DNA of 64,000 nucleotides from Phycisphaerales bacterium (lineage in GTDB: Bacteria; Planctomycetota; Phycisphaerae; Phycisphaerales; UBA1924): positions 17,014-81,013 of the forward strand of contig JADLCM010000052.1 in assembly GCA_020847175.1 (NCBI GenBank). The letters are read 5' to 3'. A program made the position numbers and the translations under genes. Of the stretch, positions 18,338 through 26,311 are shown one piece after another. The notes under the pieces are model-generated. The model worked only from the letters and a program-made list of their open reading frames with translations. It ran no database searches and was not told the origin of the DNA. Each line of letters starts with the position of its first letter. Position 1 is the first letter of the stretch.

Positions 18338-19693
18338 TCAGCCGCGCCCGAGCAACGCGGCGTATGCGCCGTCGTGATACCGCGAGGCGTCTTCGCCCGG
18401 CAGCCCGGCGGGGAGCACGGTCTCCTGGCGTTCGACCTTCAGCCGGTGCCAGCGGGCGAGCCACTGGGTCTGGAGCTCGTTCTCGTCGGGCTCCAGCGAG
18501 CACGTGCAGTACAGGAACTTGCCGCGCGGGGAGAGCAGCGGCAGGGCGTCGGAGAGAATCTGGCGCTGCGCCGTGGCCAGGCGGTCGAGCTGCTTGGCGT
18601 TGGCGCGAAACTTGGCCTCGATGCGGCGAGGCAGCACGCCGGTGTTGGAGCACGGCACGTCGAGCACGATGAGGTCGGCCTGTCCGAGGGCGAGCCGGGC
18701 GTACTCACCCGGCGCCACGACCGTGGCGCGCGGATGGCCCTCAAAGGCGGCGCGGAGGTCGGCGAAACGGGCGGGGTCAACATCGCCCGCGATGATGCGG
18801 GACTTGGGGAACATCGCCAGCAGTTGGCGGGTCTTGGTGCCTCGCCCGGCGCAGTAGTCCACGATCACTCGGGGCGACGTCCCCTTGGCGAGCAGGAGAG
18901 ACCCGCTGCTCGCGGGATCCTGCACCCAGATGTCCGTGCGCGTCCGCATGATCGACACAAGGTCTTCGCGCGTGCCCGTGAACACCAGGTGCCCCGCCCG
19001 GTCGTGCGCCCGACCCTGTGCCTCGGGAAGCACACGCGTCGCGTGTGCCGTGTGAAGAATGACTGGAGCCCGCGCCAGCGTGTGCAGCGCCAGCATCCTG
19101 GCGGCGTCAACGCCGCGCGTCTCAACCCACCTTCGGAGCAGCCACGGCGGCAGGCCGACACCCACGCCGAGGCGAGCCGGTGGGTCTTGGGGCAGAATCG
19201 AGCGGGTCAGGGCGAGGGCGCCGCCGGCCTCGAGCGGCAACTCGTCGTCCGCCCCGGAATACTCCTCCCGGCGGGTGCGGGCGCCGCCTCCCGCGAGGTC
19301 GTTGATCCGGCGGAGCAGGGCGTTGACCATGCCGGCGGCCCCGGGACGCACGTGCGACTTGGCCCACTCGACGGCGGTATCGAGCGCCGCGTGCGGGGGC
19401 ACACGATCAAGAAAGAGCAGTTGTGCCGCCCCGCCGAGCAGCGCGGCGCGCATGGGTGGTTCAAGGGCTGCGCACGGCTGCTTGCTGAACTGATCCAGCA
19501 GCCACTCGATCGTGATCCAGCGGCGCACCGCCGCCTCGACGATGGCATACGCAAGCGAGGCGTCACGCGGGTCGAGGCCCCGGACATCGGGCTCCGCGAT
19601 GAGGAGGTCCGGGAAGCGGCGGGCGTGAGATGCGATCAACCGGAATGCCGCGTCACGGGCGTCGGCGGCGGGTTGATCGCTGACCGTCTTCAT
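18338..19693 (-). CDS. rsmB: 16S rRNA (cytosine-C5) methyltransferase RsmB/Sun family
   Basis: NusB-like N-terminal domain. Contains DYCAGRGTKT (SAM site), DVPCSNTGVLPRR and LYCTCSLEPDENE. Start at ATG 19693 (MKTVSDQ...). The upstream part of the 951-aa ORF is antisense to the kinase gene. Confidence 0.85.
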   Translation of the reverse strand: MKTVSDQPAADARDAAFRLIASHARRFPDLLIAEPDVRGLDPRDASLAYAIVEAAVRRWITIEWLLDQFSKQPCAALEPPMRAALLGGAAQLLFLDRVPPHAALDTAVEWAKSHVRPGAAGMVNALLRRINDLAGGGARTRREEYSGADDELPLEAGGALALTRSILPQDPPARLGVGVGLPPWLLRRWVETRGVDAARMLALHTLARAPVILHTAHATRVLPEAQGRAHDRAGHLVFTGTREDLVSIMRTRTDIWVQDPASSGSLLLAKGTSPRVIVDYCAGRGTKTRQLLAMFPKSRIIAGDVDPARFADLRAAFEGHPRATVVAPGEYARLALGQADLIVLDVPCSNTGVLPRRIEAKFRANAKQLDRLATAQRQILSDALPLLSPRGKFLYCTCSLEPDENELQTQWLARWHRLKVERQETVLPAGLPGEDASRYHDGAYAALLGRG

Positions 19694-19756
19694 GGGCGAT
19701 GGTACCCTGGGGGGGCTGCGACTGTCTGCGGCACGCCCGGCACTACGATTTCGCAC

Positions 19757-21307
19757 GTGATACCTCCAGAGCCCGATGCGAGCCCGCGCGAAGACCGCCG
19801 CCCCCCGCCGATTCGGGGACTCCTGGCACGTCTGCGCATCCGCAAGAAACTCATCCTGCTCCACACGGTCTTCTCGCTTCTTCTGCTGCTCATTCTGATG
19901 GTGGCGATCCGCCCCGCGGTCGGGCGCGTCGTCCGGACGGCGGAAGAGGCCGAGGCCCGTCTGCTCCTTCGGGTCGCCGCGGCGCAGGGTTCTCTCGATG
20001 CCGCTCCGGTGGGTGAGGGCGTCGAGGCACGTCTGCGGGCCGGCTCGGCCGAAGAACTGTCGCTGCGCCCTGAAGTGACTGAACGCGCACGTTCGCTCTC
20101 GGGCTCGCCGGTGTTGTTGCGAGGCAGGCCGGGCTGGCAGGGAGTGCTTCACGACGTGACGCCCGAGGGAGAACGGTTTCTGATCGCGGGCGTGACGATG
20201 GCCGAGGCCCGCGCGGCGGTCTGGCGGCTGTACCTGCTGGTGGGCGGGGCGCTGCTCTGCGTGTACGCGCTGGTGGCGGTCTCGCTGGAGGTCCTGGTGC
20301 TGCCGCGCCATGTGTACGGTCCACTCAGACGAATTCTGGAGGCGGATCAGGCGCTTCGGCGTGGAGACACCGGACACGAGACGATCCCCGACGGGGCGAT
20401 GCCCGCCGATGAACTCGGCGAGATCATGCGCTCCAGGAATGCCTCGGTGCGGGCTCTCCGGCAGCAGGAACGCGAGCTTGCCGGAGCGCTCGGGCGCCTC
20501 GAAGAGTCGCACGCGGACCTGACGCGCAAGAACCACATGCTGGAGCGGGCCCGGCGCAACCTCGCCGACGCCGACCGGCTGGTGAGCCTGGGCATGATGT
20601 CGGCGGGCCTGGCCCACGAGATGAACACGCCCCTGGCGGTCCTCAAGGGCATGGCTGAGCGCATCGCGAGCAACCCCGGGGCCGGCCTGGAGCCGGGCCA
20701 GGCTGCGCTGATGCGCCGGGTTGTTGCTCGCCTGGAGCGACTGAGCGAGAGCCTGCTGGACTTTGCGCGGGTGCGCACCCCCCGCACGGCGCACGTCGCG
20801 GTGCGTGCGCTGGTGGACGAAGCGGTGACCCTGGTGCGGCTGGACCGCGAAGGCGCATCGGTGGACTACGCCAACGCGGTGCCCGAGAGTCTGCGTGTGC
20901 TGGTGGATGGGGATGGAATGCTGCAGGTGCTCGTCAACCTCATCCGCAACGGCGCCGACTCGGCCCGGGAGGGCCCGCGCGAACCCGCTCGCGGGCAGCC
21001 GCGCGTTGAGATCGGGTCTGAAGAAATCGACCGCGACGGGGAGCGGTGGGTGCGTATCACCGTGCGTGACAACGGCGCAGGGATCGCTCCCGAGATTCTC
21101 CCCCGGCTCTTCGAACCCTTCGTCTCGACCCGGCTGGACGCCCGGGGCACCGGCCTCGGCCTCGCCGTCGCCGAGGGGATTGTGCGTGAGCACGGAGGCG
21201 TTATGCTGGCGCGCAACATCCCCGACGGGCGCGGGGCGCTCTTCGAGGTTCTTCTTCCCTGTCCGCAGGCGGGCCCGGCCCCCGCGGCGCCGCGCGAGGC
21301 ACCATGA
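19757..21307 (+). CDS. membrane sensor histidine kinase
   Basis: Two TM helices flank a periplasmic loop of about 130 aa, followed by a HAMP-like linker. H-box is GLAHEMNTPLAVLKG and the ATPase motifs are DNGAGI...GTGLGLAV. Start set at in-frame GTG 19757, which is uncertain. Confidence 0.8.
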   Translation: MIPPEPDASPREDRRPPPIRGLLARLRIRKKLILLHTVFSLLLLLILMVAIRPAVGRVVRTAEEAEARLLLRVAAAQGSLDAAPVGEGVEARLRAGSAEELSLRPEVTERARSLSGSPVLLRGRPGWQGVLHDVTPEGERFLIAGVTMAEARAAVWRLYLLVGGALLCVYALVAVSLEVLVLPRHVYGPLRRILEADQALRRGDTGHETIPDGAMPADELGEIMRSRNASVRALRQQERELAGALGRLEESHADLTRKNHMLERARRNLADADRLVSLGMMSAGLAHEMNTPLAVLKGMAERIASNPGAGLEPGQAALMRRVVARLERLSESLLDFARVRTPRTAHVAVRALVDEAVTLVRLDREGASVDYANAVPESLRVLVDGDGMLQVLVNLIRNGADSAREGPREPARGQPRVEIGSEEIDRDGERWVRITVRDNGAGIAPEILPRLFEPFVSTRLDARGTGLGLAVAEGIVREHGGVMLARNIPDGRGALFEVLLPCPQAGPAPAAPREAP

Positions 21308-21924
21308 GCGAGGCCGAGGCCCTTCATCCTCTTTCGATCGTCGCCCTCGACGATGACCCGGACTTCCGCGAGTACATCAGCGAGGTGCTGGTCCGAGACG
21401 GCCACGAGGTGCGGACGCCGGACAGCGTGGCGTCGTTCTTCGAAACCTGCGAGGCGCGCCTGCCCGATGTCGTGCTGCTCGACATCAAGATGGGCCGCGA
21501 ATCAGGGGAGCAGGTGCTGGAGGAACTTCGCAGGCGCTGGCAGCGGTTGTGCGTCATCGTCGTCACCGGCTACCCCAGCCTTGACTCGATGCGACAGACG
21601 TTCAAGAAAGACGTTTTTGACTACCTTGCCAAGCCCTTTTCGCTCGAAGAGCTGCGCCGGGTTCTGGGCCAGGCCGCCGCGGCGTTCGGGCTGGGCGCCC
21701 GCCCGCAGGACCGTCTGCGCGTCGCGCTCGGGCGCCAGATCCGGTTGACGCGGACGGAGCGGGGCTGGACGCTCAAGGACCTGAGCGAGCAGTCGGGGGT
21801 GAGCGTGAGCCAGCTCAGTTCCATCGAGCGCGGGGCGCATCTGCCAAGCCTTGAATCGCTCCTCACCATCGCGGGGGCGTTGGGCGAGCGTTCATCGACG
21901 TGGCTGACCTCGGCCGGATTCTGA
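21304..21924 (+). CDS. response regulator with REC domain and C-terminal XRE-type HTH
   Basis: REC domain (IVALDDDPDF..., VVLLDIKMG, VTGYPS, DYLAKPF) plus HTH_XRE (LGRQIRLTRTERGWTLKDLSEQSGVSVSQLSSIERG). ATGA overlap with the kinase stop. Confidence 0.8.
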   Translation: MSEAEALHPLSIVALDDDPDFREYISEVLVRDGHEVRTPDSVASFFETCEARLPDVVLLDIKMGRESGEQVLEELRRRWQRLCVIVVTGYPSLDSMRQTFKKDVFDYLAKPFSLEELRRVLGQAAAAFGLGARPQDRLRVALGRQIRLTRTERGWTLKDLSEQSGVSVSQLSSIERGAHLPSLESLLTIAGALGERSSTWLTSAGF

Positions 21925-21962
21925 GTCCGCGCGGATGCGGGGCCCGGGAGCGGGGCGCAGCG

Positions 21963-22032
21963 CCGGCGTCCGGCGTCCGGCGTCCGGCGTCCGGCGTCCG
22001 GCGTCCGGCGTCCGGCGTCCGGCGTCCGGCGT
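21963..22032. repeat. perfect heptanucleotide tandem repeat (CCGGCGT)x10
   Basis: Counted directly: 10 uninterrupted copies, 70 bp. It lies in the 134-bp gap between the convergent stops of the response regulator (21924) and fliE (22059). Confidence 0.95.
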
Positions 22033-22058
22033 CACCGCGTGCCATTCGCCTGCCCCGT

Positions 22059-22358
22059 TTACACGCGAACCTGCTTCACTTCTTCGACCGCCTGCAGCAC
22101 CTTGTTGCGCACCGACTGGAGCAGCCGGAAGGCGTTGTCCGCCTTCTGCGTCGCGAGAATGACGCCCTCGACATCGTCGCGGCGGCCCGAGGCGAGGTCC
22201 TCGATCGCGGCCGTCGCGTCCTGCTGCAGCTGGTTGACCCGCTCGAGATTGCCCATCAGCACATCCTTGAACGACGGACCTTCGACGGGCGTGCTCGGGC
22301 CGGACGCACGCAGCGCCGGATTCGAGATGCTGGAGATCAGACCAAGGGGGTCGGTCAT
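22059..22358 (-). CDS. fliE: flagellar hook-basal body complex protein FliE
   Basis: 99 aa. FKDVLMGNLERVNQLQQDA...ATQKADNAFRLLQSVRNKVLQAVEEV is typical of FliE. ATG 22358 follows AGGAGAG. Confidence 0.85.
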   Translation of the reverse strand: MTDPLGLISSISNPALRASGPSTPVEGPSFKDVLMGNLERVNQLQQDATAAIEDLASGRRDDVEGVILATQKADNAFRLLQSVRNKVLQAVEEVKQVRV

Positions 22359-22374
22359 GGGGGCTCTCCTCACA

Positions 22375-22794
22375 CTACGCGAGCAGGCGCAGGGCCTGGG
22401 TCAGCATGGTCTTCTGGGCCTGCGCGGCGGCGACGTTGGCCTCGTAGGCCCGGACCGCGTCCATCGCATTGACCTGTTCGAGAATGGGGTTGATGCTCGG
22501 CGCCATGATGTAGCCGTCGCCGTCCTGGTCGTAGGGGCTCCCGGGGGCGAAGCGCGGCTCCAGGGCCCGCGGGTTGGCGTCGATACTGACCACGTGCACA
22601 CCCAGGCCGCGGGCCCGCTCGTCCGATGCGCCGGGGTCGCCCGGGGCGAACATGATCTCGCGCCGCAGGTAGGGCTCATACTGCCCTTTGGTATTCAGAA
22701 GGGTGTCCTTGTTGGCGATGTTCGCCGCGATGACTTCAAGCCGCGTCCGTTGCGCGATCATGCCCGAGGTCGAGATGTCGAGCGAGCCGTACAC
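22375..22794 (-). CDS. flgC: flagellar basal-body rod protein FlgC
   Basis: N-terminal SLDISTSGMIAQRTRLEVIAANIAN and C-terminal NPILEQVNAMDAVRAYEANV are the conserved FlgC ends. Confidence 0.9.
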   Translation of the reverse strand: MYGSLDISTSGMIAQRTRLEVIAANIANKDTLLNTKGQYEPYLRREIMFAPGDPGASDERARGLGVHVVSIDANPRALEPRFAPGSPYDQDGDGYIMAPSINPILEQVNAMDAVRAYEANVAAAQAQKTMLTQALRLLA

Positions 22795-22825
22795 GGGTCA
22801 TGCTCCTGCTGGCGAACCCGACCGG

Positions 22826-23257
22826 TCAGGCGACTTCCCTGGTCGCGGCGCGGATGATGTCGTACCTGCTGCGCAGCAGGTCGCTCGCGACCCGGTGCAT
22901 CGCGGTGTTCTCGGCCAGCCCCTGCATCATCCGTTCCAGGTCCCGGTCATTGTGGTCGTGGAACAGGATGCCCCCGGAGGATGTCCGCGGGTGCAGCGTG
23001 ATCCGGCCTCCCGGCCCGAACTCCACTTCCTCAGTGGACTTGGGGTTCAGGGCGCCTTCCCTGGCCCCGCCTCGGCGCTCCAGCGCTTCGCCGAGCGCCG
23101 CCTGGAAGTCCGCCACCGAGACGTCGCGGTTGCGGAACCCGGGCGTGGAGATATTCGCGATGTTGTGCGCGAGCACCTCCTGGCGCGATGCCGCGAACTG
23201 GACCATCAGTTCGAGGGTGCCGATCGCGCCGGAGTTGGTGATCTGGTCGATGAACAT
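22826..23257 (-). CDS. flgB: flagellar basal-body rod protein FlgB
   Basis: Contains RQEVLAHNIANISTPGFRNRDV, the rod-protein N-terminal signature. Start at ATG 23257. Confidence 0.85.
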   Translation of the reverse strand: MFIDQITNSGAIGTLELMVQFAASRQEVLAHNIANISTPGFRNRDVSVADFQAALGEALERRGGAREGALNPKSTEEVEFGPGGRITLHPRTSSGGILFHDHNDRDLERMMQGLAENTAMHRVASDLLRSRYDIIRAATREVA

Positions 23258-23277
23258 GGCTGGTCCGAATGAGCCTC

Positions 23278-23292
23278 GCAAGTTGTGTGCCA
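23278..23292 (-). promoter_or_regulatory. sigma-54 (-24/-12) promoter upstream of flgB
   Basis: Minus strand reads CTGGCACACAACTTGCG, i.e. TGGCAC-N5-TTGC with the exact GG-N10-GC spacing. The GC lies 20 nt upstream of the flgB ATG. A sigma-54 enhancer-binding protein is encoded immediately upstream. Confidence 0.65.
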
Positions 23293-23352
23293 GATTCCGC
23301 GCCGAGCCGCGCTGCCAGGGGGCGGGCCCCTGTTTTGGGGGTACGAGCAACG

Positions 23353-24819
23353 CTACAGCCCCGCCTCCACGAGGCGCAACTCCTTCCACTTCTTCAGTTT
23401 GAGGCCCAGCGTGCGCACCCCGATGCCCAGTGCCTCGGCCGTCTTGACCCGGTGCCCGTTGAACCGCCGGAGCGTCGCGATGATGACATCGCGCTCGATG
23501 TCTTCGAGGGGTCGGGGTTCGAGCACGATGCTTCCTGCGGAGTGTGCCTCAGAGGTGTGGTGCCCGTTGACTCCGTTGGTGTACGCCGCGGGGCGCGCGG
23601 GCTTGGGTTCGACCATGCCCCCGAAGGCCGGGCGGATGTCGGATGTGGTCAGCCAGGGTTCAATGAGGTCACGGGAGATGCTTGGGCTGCCCCGGGAGAG
23701 CACCACCGCACGTTCGCAGATGTTCTCCAGTTCACGCACGTTGCCGGGCCACCCGTACTCCCGCAAGAGGTGCATCGCCCCGCCGTCGATCGCCGGCGCT
23801 TCGCGCCCCTCTCGTGAGGCGATGCGGGCGACGAAGGCCCGTGCGAGGTCCGGAATGTCCTCAAGCCGGTCGCGCAAGGGCGGCAGGTGAATCGGCAGCA
23901 CGTTGAGACGGAAGAAGAGGTCCTGGCGGAAGGCGCCCGACGCGACGGATCGGGGCAGGTCCCGGTTGCTCGTGGCGATGATGCGGACATCCACGCCCAT
24001 GGTCACGCTCGACCCGACTCGCTCGAACGACCGCTCCTGGAGTACCCGGAGCAGCTTGGCCTGGAGCGAAGGTGAGATTTCGGAGATCTCATCGAGCAGC
24101 AGCGTGCCGCCGTCCGCGAGCTCGAATCGGCCCTTGCGGAGGCGTTCGGCGCCCGTGAACGCCCCGCGTTCATGCCCGAAGAGCTCGCTCTCAAGGAGAC
24201 TCTCGCTGAGGGCGGCACAGTTGACGGCCAGGAAGGGCCGGTCGCGCCGGGACGAGAGCTCGTGGATGGCCCGGGAGACGATCTCCTTGCCCGTGCCGCT
24301 CTCGCCCACGAGCAGGACATTGCCCTGGGAGTCGGCGACGGCGCGGATCTGCTCCTTGACGCGGCGCATGGCGGGTGAATCGCCGATAACCCGATCCAGA
24401 CCCGCGCGCTGCTCGGGCGGGGCGCTCACGCGGAGGACGGCGTTCTCGCGGAGCACGCGGGCGTGCGCGATCGCCCGCTTGACGGCGATGATGAGCTCGT
24501 CCCCCTCAAAGGGCTTGGTGATGTAGTCGAACGCGCCGTGCTTGATCGCACGGACGGCGGTCTCGATGGTGCCGAAGGCGGTCATCAGGACGACCGGGAG
24601 TTCATCGTCGATGGCGCGAAGGCGTTCGAGCAGTTCCAGGCCCGTCATGCCCGGCATCTTCAGGTCGCTGACGACGGCGTCGGGGCGCTTGCGGCTGACG
24701 AGCTCGACGGCCTTCTCGCCGCCATCGGCGGTGATGACCGTAAACCCGGCGCGCTGGAGTGTGGCGCTGACGCTGTCGCGCATCATGTCTTTGTCATCGA
24801 CGACGAGGATGGTGCTCAT
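23353..24819 (-). CDS. sigma-54-dependent response regulator (NtrC/FleR/FlrC-like: REC + AAA+ + Fis HTH)
   Basis: REC domain (ILVVDDKDMMR, VVSDLKMPGM, KPF). AAA+ domain with GESGTGKE, the GAFTGA loop (ERGAFTGA) and LFFRLNV. C-terminal HTH is KTAEALGIGVRTLGLKLKKW. Confidence 0.9.
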   Translation of the reverse strand: MSTILVVDDKDMMRDSVSATLQRAGFTVITADGGEKAVELVSRKRPDAVVSDLKMPGMTGLELLERLRAIDDELPVVLMTAFGTIETAVRAIKHGAFDYITKPFEGDELIIAVKRAIAHARVLRENAVLRVSAPPEQRAGLDRVIGDSPAMRRVKEQIRAVADSQGNVLLVGESGTGKEIVSRAIHELSSRRDRPFLAVNCAALSESLLESELFGHERGAFTGAERLRKGRFELADGGTLLLDEISEISPSLQAKLLRVLQERSFERVGSSVTMGVDVRIIATSNRDLPRSVASGAFRQDLFFRLNVLPIHLPPLRDRLEDIPDLARAFVARIASREGREAPAIDGGAMHLLREYGWPGNVRELENICERAVVLSRGSPSISRDLIEPWLTTSDIRPAFGGMVEPKPARPAAYTNGVNGHHTSEAHSAGSIVLEPRPLEDIERDVIIATLRRFNGHRVKTAEALGIGVRTLGLKLKKWKELRLVEAGL

Positions 24820-25865
24820 GCCGCTCGCTCCGCGGGGGTGATGGGCGTGGACCCGAGGCGCATCGATGGTGCGCCCCGGGCGATGGTGTCCTGTGCCGGC
24901 GCGAGGGGGAGACGAAGCTCCACGATCGCACCGGGGGGGGAACTGACGTTGGAGATCCGCACGCTGCCGCCGTGGGCGTCAACGATCCGGTGGACGATCG
25001 CCAGGCCCAGGCCGGTGCCGGCCCGTCGGGTGGTATAGAAGGGATTGAACAGGCGTTCGAGCGCATCCTCGGGCACTCCGGTGCCCGTGTCGCGCACCGA
25101 AAGGCACATCACGGTCGCCGCCCCGCGTCCTTCGCGCCGGGCGCTCAGCACCAGCGAGCCCGGACCCCGACCGCTCTCCTGGTTGGCCTCGGCGGCGTTG
25201 CGGATGATGTTTCCCAGGGCCTGTCGCATCAGCACCGGGTCGCACCAGACATCGGGCGCGCTGCGGTTGGTCTTCCACGACCGATCGACGCGCAGCCCCG
25301 CGACGGATACGCCGGACGCCTCCATCGCGAGGTCGAACAGGCTTCCGGCATCCACCCATTCGGGGTTTACGCGCATCTCGCGGGCGAAGTTCAGCACGTC
25401 ATGCACTACGGCGTCGAGGCCCCGCACCGCGCGGAGGATCTTGCGCGCGATGCCCTGCTCGCTCTCCCGATCTGCCAGGTCGTCTTCCAGCATCCGTGCG
25501 TACAGCGCGATCGAGCCCAGCGGGTTCCGCACTTCGTGGGCAATTCCGGCCGCCATCTCGCCCAGTGCGGCGAGCCTGCGCGAACGTTCCAGGCAGGCGT
25601 TGGCCTCGCAGAGTTCGGCACTCAAGCGCGAGACCTCGGCCCGAAGGCGCTCGTGAGACTCCTGCACCCTCGCGGTCACGGAGTTGAAAGTCGAGAGCAG
25701 TTCGGCGAGGTCGCCCGGGGAAAGCTGACCCGCCGCCGGTGCGTGGGCGTCCGCCGCCGATTCCGGCCCGGACGGGGCGTGCGCATTCGCCGAACCCCTC
25801 TCACACGGGGGCGAAAACGGAGCGGGCGCGGTGGTCAGATCGATGAAGGGCGCTTCCGGCATCAT
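24816..25865 (-). CDS. cytoplasmic sensor histidine kinase (FleS/FlrB-like partner of the sigma-54 regulator)
   Basis: No TM helix. A coiled coil is followed by H-box AAGIAHEVRNPLGSI and then DTGTGV...GTGLGLAIV. Start at ATG 25865, overlapping the upstream stop (ATGA). Its own stop overlaps the regulator start (ATGA). Confidence 0.8.
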   Translation of the reverse strand: MMPEAPFIDLTTAPAPFSPPCERGSANAHAPSGPESAADAHAPAAGQLSPGDLAELLSTFNSVTARVQESHERLRAEVSRLSAELCEANACLERSRRLAALGEMAAGIAHEVRNPLGSIALYARMLEDDLADRESEQGIARKILRAVRGLDAVVHDVLNFAREMRVNPEWVDAGSLFDLAMEASGVSVAGLRVDRSWKTNRSAPDVWCDPVLMRQALGNIIRNAAEANQESGRGPGSLVLSARREGRGAATVMCLSVRDTGTGVPEDALERLFNPFYTTRRAGTGLGLAIVHRIVDAHGGSVRISNVSSPPGAIVELRLPLAPAQDTIARGAPSMRLGSTPITPAERAA

Positions 25866-26311
25866 GCCTCCCGGTCCTGAAAGCGGGGCATTTCGGCGCG
25901 AGCGCCGTACGCCCCCGCGGCGGCCTTGGACTTGGACAGGCCCGCGATCTGCTCGCCCAGGGCGTCCAGGCGCCGCGTGAGCGAGCGCCGATCTTCGTCG
26001 TCGCGGGCCGCGATCCGCTCCGTGATCCCCGCGCACTCCCCGAGCAGAACATCCACGACCTCGCGCTCGCTCGCGGCGCAGCGTGATCGAAGCCGATCCC
26101 ACGCCTCGGGGTCCTCCGGCAGCGCTGTCTCACCCTCACGAAGCTGCTCGACGATGCGAGCCCGCGCCGCGAGCAGCTCGAGCAGCGGCCCGGGCTCTTC
26201 GTCCTCGATGAGCGGGCGTTGACGCAGGGAGAGTGATTCCAGCGATTCGAGCAGCGTGAGCTGGCTCCGCAGCGCCGCCGTGACCCGCGTGGTGCCGGAT
26301 TTCTCGCTCAC
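25862..26311 (-). CDS. hypothetical helical protein, weakly FlgN-like
   Basis: 149 aa, high GC3, leucine/acidic-rich helical sequence of FlgN-like size in a flagellar context. GTGA overlap with the TPR gene stop and ATGA overlap with the kinase start. The family call is tentative. Confidence 0.5.
   Translation of the reverse strand: MSEKSGTTRVTAALRSQLTLLESLESLSLRQRPLIEDEEPGPLLELLAARARIVEQLREGETALPEDPEAWDRLRSRCAASEREVVDVLLGECAGITERIAARDDEDRRSLTRRLDALGEQIAGLSKSKAAAGAYGARAEMPRFQDREA

Noticed and set aside
17942-19756. First ~600 codons of the 1121-aa plus-strand ORF (17942-21307), which would make a giant kinase
   Set aside because: That portion is exactly antisense to ptsN and rsmB, which have clear family motifs. 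Its translation is Arg/Ala/Gly/Pro-rich low-complexity sequence typical of antisense frames in high-GC DNA. The kinase is recognisable only from about 19757 onward.
21963-22032. Heptamer array as a CRISPR array or as a coding repeat (ORFs giving RRTPDAG or SGVRRPA repeats)
   Set aside because: The unit is only 7 nt with no spacers, so it is not a CRISPR array. The spanning ORFs are short, lack SD sequences and starts with support, and lie between two convergent gene ends. It is kept as a non-coding microsatellite.
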